A program made the translations under genes and the position numbers. Shown in pieces: positions 58,801 to 64,000 of a DNA stretch of 64,000 bases. The DNA lies in the NCBI GenBank assembly GCA_004431415.1, contig QPMI01000536.1, positions 1 through 64,000 on the forward strand, read 5' to 3'. Source of the stretch: Cyanophora paradoxa CCMP329 (taxonomy: Eukaryota > Plantae > Glaucophyta). Position 1 is the stretch's first letter. Every line of letters starts with the position of its first letter. A model generated the notes under the pieces. It was not told the DNA's origin. It made no database searches and was given only the letters and a program-made list of their open reading frames with translations.

Positions 58801-60432
58801 AGCGGAGCACTTGCAAGCGCCTTGGGGACTGAATTCGCATTGCAGTCGCTGACGATAGGTTAGCCCCTTCAAACGCCCACTCGCTCTTCTATTCGGTTTA
58901 ATTTAATGCGAGACAACGTTGACGCAGTCAATGATGTTAGAACATCAACTTCGACCGACACGTCTGCAGCTGGCGCAACCCTGGCCAGCGCCAGCGGCGG
59001 CGCAACAAACTCGGCCAGCGGAGGCGGTTCGGGAGCTTCAATGATTCCCATTGCCGCTGGCGCGGCCGGAGGGGCGGCCCTGCTGGCCGCCGGCGTCGCG
59101 GCGGCTCTGGTGATCCGGAAGCGGCGCGCACGGAATTCGAAGGGCTCGTCCAAGATCGTCCCGGATGTTCCGGATCCGGACCAATATTCGGATGTGCATG
59201 TGCATGCTCAGGCGCTCGCTTTTCTTTTATTCCGCATCCGAAATCTTCGTAAAATCTTCTGTTTTAGTCCGCATCTGAAAGTTTCGCATGCAGAGTTCCG
59301 GAGCCAATCGAGACCAATCGTGGAAAGTTCACGAGATCGAAGTCGTGGATAGCGACGCCTCAATGAGAGTTGTCAGGATTCCCGAGCCATCAGCAGCATC
59401 CCTGCAGCTCGTTAGCGGTAACGAAAGGGAGGTTAACACCACAGTGCATCTGCGCCCGCCGGTGCACATCAATCCAGGTCGAATCCACTTCCAAATTTAT
59501 AATAATGCATCATTCTGTCAGGTACCGGCGACTCATGATCAATCTAATGCAGTGCAAGCACCAAAGCATTCGCCTCTCAAATCCAAGCTGATTTCACCGG
59601 TACCTTCGTCGATAGCCAACCGCCAAGAGATGCGATACGACGCGTTTATCTCGTGCGCATACTTGTTCACTTTCTTCAATTAACTTCAAATGCAATTTCA
59701 GAATTTGACCGAATCCTCGCGCGCCAGTTACGCTCACAAGAATTCAGAGCTCGTAACATTCTACACGAGAAAGCTTGAAGAATCCGGAGTCTGCACGATC
59801 TGGTGAACTCGATCTTGCAATTGCAGCTCAAGATCATTTGCTGACACGGGTCTCGGATCTCAGGGTGGACTTGGAGCTGAAGGCGGGACAGAAATGGATG
59901 AATGAAATTGCGGTCTGTTATATAAGCAGCTACATTTACAGGTCGTTGAAGCGAACTTATCCACGAGCAGGCTGCTATGCGCCGCAGCAAGCTTTTCATT
60001 TGTTTCCTGTCCTTCGAGTACCTTGCTTCACATAACTGCGACGACGAGATGCAGGTGATTTCAAATATATATCATTAATAGTAATGACTGTATACGTATT
60101 TGTTTCTCGTGTTTTAAACTGGCGCTTCACCATCCAGTACGCACACAATCGCCTCCGCCTGAGGAAATTTCCGGTTTGCTTGGTCGACCGAGAAGAAATC
60201 GTGCGAAGATTTGAAGAATTCAACAGAAAGAATTACGACATGATGCTCGCCTCTGTGCCAGAGTGCGCATGCGCCTTTAAAATCTGCGTCATTCTGTATC
60301 AAGCATCCGTCTGACGTCGTCTGCAGAGAGGACTGGACACAGCACCCGGGGCCAGCCGAGGTGCAGATGGAGGAAACAGCAAACGAGCTCATTCTCAAGC
60401 TTAAGCGAGCCATAGCTGTAGAGAGAGTCTAG
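52849..60432 (+). CDS. Single-pass TM receptor B: signal peptide - large beta-rich ectodomain - (SP)n stalk - SEA-like - TM - TIR (multi-exon)
   Basis: Leader LMYMFVALAVLMHMHIDVASA; long exons 53.1-57.2 kb; SP stalk about 57578-57915; VRVYR|GSTVLEL; TM IPIAAGAAGGAALLAAGVAAALVI-RKRR; spliced TIR RYDAFIS|YAHKNSELV...TIW|VDLELKAGQKWMNEIA|AAMRRSKLFICFLSFEYLASHNCDDEMQ|YAHNRL..KFPVCL. Confidence 0.85.
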
Positions 60433-61615
60433 ATATGAGGGTTTGTTTCCATTGCGATCTGATTATGAGTCACATCAAATTAAAGGCTCTGCAAAGTGAC
60501 GAAAACGGTGTAAACTTGAAACGCACTAATATTAATGCCGACGCGGCGGCACTCAAGATCTGCGCTGCGCGTGCGATATATAGCACCGCCTCGCTTTAAA
60601 ACTTTCACCTCCTCCAGCTGCCGTCGACTGTCGCGATCGTAAAATAATCGACGTCGACGTCTCTGATCATGAACTCGTAAATTTAAATAAAAAAATATAA
60701 ATCAAAGGTGCTACGGTACTCGGTGCCGCCGCCGCGCCCCCTCGCCCGCCACGTCCGCCGCCGCCCTTCGGGACGCCGTGGAAGAGTGCGGCTTCCATGG
60801 CCAATCCGCGGGCATTACGTCGCCCCCTCGAGCTCGCCCCGACCTCGCCCCCTCGCCCCGACCTCGCCTCCGTCCCCCCGGCCTGCTCCGGCTTCATGAC
60901 CGGGGCCATCAGCCGGGGCCTATAGCTACGTATATACTCCTGCAGCTGCGCACTTAAAGGAGTGCGCAATCTCACTAATTATAATTATAAGGACCGGAGG
61001 GATGGGAGGGGCATGCGCAATCTCACAAATATAATTATATTATATGCAAAGAGGATGAGGATAGATATCGGACGCCGCCGGCGCCGCCGCGCCGCACGCG
61101 GCTGCCCACCGCGCTCGAGCTCCAAATTCGAGGAGGACTTCAACTTCTACATCTATAGCTATAGCTAGCTCTACTGCCGCAGTGCTTCGATTTCACAGCA
61201 CTAGTACTAGTATACCGTATATACGTATACGTATTACGTACTGCATGCGCAGCTACAGGAGCGCAGCAAAGAGCCGTCGATGTCCGGCGGTCGCAAATGT
61301 CCGCTTCCCCTTAAGCTTGTCGCCCCGGCTCCTTCAGCGCTAACTTGCAAATGTTGCGCTTCAAGAGAAGCGCCTCGAATCCGATGATCGATTCATGTCA
61401 ATGAAGTGACTTGAAATCTCGTGACAAACTGCAATACTATATATAGCTATGATATGCATGCGCAATACTATGATAGCTACTCTGGGCTTGATCCCGGCCT
61501 CGCCCCGGCCCGTGTACCGTCTAGATCTTGTCCCGGCCCGGGCGGCTAGTCATCGTGCCTTGAAGCTTTTTGAAGCCTGATAGCTAGCTATAGCTATAGC
61601 TATAGGGGCGAGCCG

Positions 61616-63300
61616 CTACTCCGGGCAGGCGGCGTCGGCGGCGGCGCCGAAGGTGGAGCGGAAGGCGGCGCCGACGGCGGCGACCATGCGCGCGAGGGCC
61701 GCGCTCGGCGCCTCCCGCGCCCACCGCCACCGGAACTCCTGCACCGCCCGGGCCTGGTCAGAGCCCAAGGGGCGGGCGGGGCGGCGGGCGGGGTGGCGGG
61801 CCTCGACGGCGGCGACGGCGGCCTCGGGGACCCAGAAGGCGGCCTCGGCGGCGGGGCCGAGGACGGGGCGGTCGCCCGCGATGGCGTCCCGGTGCGCCAG
61901 CACGTGCAGGTCCGCGAAGGAGGGCGCCTCGGCCGGCAGCAGGTACGACGCCCGCCCGAACCTCCCATCCCGCCAGGTCAGCCCGCGCCGCCCCGGGCGC
62001 CTCGGACCCCGAGCCGCGCACCGGATCGCGCGGGCGAACTGGCGGTACTCGGCGGTGGACTGCAGCAGCGCCACCAGCCGCGCGTTGTCGTGCTGCGCGT
62101 TCGTGAGAGGGCCGGTGGGAGCAGGGGCCACGGCCACGGGCGGGCGCGCCTCGAGCTGGTTGACGTGCTGGAGGAGGGCCGTCGTCGCCCGCGCCGCCTT
62201 CCGCAGCTCCCCCGCCTCCGCCTCCCGCGCCGCCACCTGCCCCCCGCCCCGGGACCTCAGGCCCCGGCCCCGCGCAGGACGAGGGGCGCCCGATCGCGAG
62301 GCGCGCGCGCGCGCGCCTCCCGCCGCAGGTCCGTCACGGCCGCCTGCAGCTCTGCGGCGGCCTCAGGGGCGGCCTGGGCTGTTCGGGGAAGGGGAGGGGC
62401 GGGGCGCGCCCTCGGCGAAGTCCCGCGCCTGGCGGAGCTCCTCGCGAAGCCGGTCGCCCTCGCCGGCGGCCCCGCCAGCCGCGCCTCGGCCTCCCGCGCC
62501 CGCGCCGCCACCCGCTGCATCTCCACCCCGCCCGCCGCCCGCCCCGCCCCCTGGCCCCGCCCCGTCAAACGACTACCCCCCGCCGAGAGGGGGCGGGGTA
62601 CAGACGTCGTGCTCGGCGACGGTGGCGACGAAGGACCGCTCCGCCGGCGACAGGTTCGCGTGCATCTGAGGCGGGGAGGGGGGGTGAGGGTTCCGGGGGT
62701 ACGTGCGCGGACGGGGGTACGGGGCGCCCTCGCCTTGTTGTCGCGGGAGGAGAGCTCGCGCATGCCTGCTTCGAGGTCGCGGCACTTCGCCTGCAGCTTG
62801 TCCACGAACTCCAGTTGCTGGGGGGGCCTCAGCGAGGGGGTACAGGTGCGGGGGAGGGGGGTACGAGGCAGGCACCGAGGAGAGGGACTCGACGCGCTTC
62901 TCGAGGGCGGCCTTCTGGCGCGCCTGTTCCTGCGTCTCGAGCCAGAGCTTGCGCTCCACCCAGACCCCGCCCGCCCCGCACGAGACGCCCCCCGCGCTCG
63001 CCACCCGCGCCGTCGCCGACGCCGCCGCCCCGGGGCCCGCCGTCCGCCGCGCCGACGCCGAGACCGGTCTGCGCTCAAAGATCAGAGGCCTCTCGATCCG
63101 CTCGCGGCGGCGGGCGGTCGCCTGTTCGTGCCGCGCTCCCTCATGCGCGAGGGCGATCCCGGCGCCGCCGCCTCGTCCGGGTCACCGAGGTACCTGCGAA
63201 GGCGCGGGGCGGATCGAGAGGCTCAGAGCCGCTTTCCAAGCAGAAGCGAGTCCCGGCCGCGCACCTCGGCATCACGTTTCGGACGCCCTGGTCGAGGATG
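61616..63300 (-). CDS. Multi-exon coiled-coil host protein of unknown function (start uncertain)
   Basis: Exon-like coiled-coil segments (WLETQEQARQKAALEKRVE, QLEFVDKLQAKCRDLE, DNARLVALLQSTAEYRQF, FWVPEA) separated by short GC-rich introns. Confidence 0.6.
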
Positions 63301-64000
63301 TGCTGCGCGAAGCGCCTCGACGTCAGATCGAGCTTGCCCGGCGGGCGCGCCCCGGCCCGGCGCCCGAGCAGCCGAGCGAGGATCGAGACCTCTAGGGGCG
63401 AGAAACGCACGACCAACCCTTAGCTGAGCAAGCTCGCAGCGCCACCGCGGAACCCACCTTTTGTACCGACAGTGCTAGATAAGGGTCCATGCGGCGACCC
63501 GGAGCGCCGCCGAGGACCAAGGGATCAAGCGTGCTGCACACCCCGCAATGGCTGGAAGGCTTCGGTTTGGCTATCCTCTCTAGTCGTTTGAGTGTGCGTG
63601 TACCCCTATGCGACCAGCCTCCGAGTTCCCCCGGCCGCCGGCGGCCGCCTCTGGCTTCGAGGAGCGCATGCTTTAGGAACGTAGAGCGCCCGCCGCATGC
63701 CGGCTAGCAGCTAGGCGAATCGGCGGTCTCTGATCAGCTGGGGCGGCATGGCGAGCCAGCAGGAGGCCGTCCCCCGGCCGAAGATGCGACGCGCGTACAT
63801 CTACATCGACGGTGCGATGCGCAGCCGCCCCGCGCGTTGGCGCTCATCGAGCGGGCAGGCAACGCCTTGGCGGGCGTGAACCGCTCCCTCACGCAAGCGA
63901 TCCAAGCAACTCTCAACGGCATCGCCCAGGGAAAGCTCAGGTCCGGCACCGCGGAGCCGCCCCTCACGCTGTCCCGCGCCGCTCAGCGCCAGCCCATGGC

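Noticed and set aside
61653-63427. Long plus-strand ORFs (338 and 544 aa)
   Set aside because: Antisense to the GC3-rich minus-strand coiled-coil gene, with low-complexity translations.

Overview
GC-rich eukaryotic genomic DNA with many short introns, probably from a protist or alga; indel-type frameshifts suggest a long-read assembly. (1) 1-22.8 kb is repeat-rich host DNA: split direct repeats, hAT-type MITEs, a secreted Cys-rich/Ser-Pro protein gene and a GC minisatellite. (2) About 22.9-40.7 kb is an AT-richer, intronless endogenous Polinton-like virus, truncated on the left. It carries a patatin+discoidin gene, two pentons, a double-jelly-roll major capsid protein, a DUF723-repeat endonuclease, an A32 packaging ATPase, an origin-like repeat region, a TVpol-SF3 primase-helicase, a protein-primed PolB with degenerate proofreading motifs, a DDE integrase and a terminal hairpin. 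(3) 41.5-60.4 kb holds a head-to-head pair of paralogous multi-exon receptor genes. Both read signal peptide - large beta-rich ectodomain - (Ser-Pro)n stalk - SEA-like RGSTVL module - single TM - cytoplasmic TIR domain retaining the NADase-type Glu. They share the C-terminal chassis and intron positions but have different ectodomains (WD40 versus non-WD40). This LRR-less Toll-like architecture and the dual-polymerase virus are the main candidates for novelty. Splice models were read by hand and no database searches were run.
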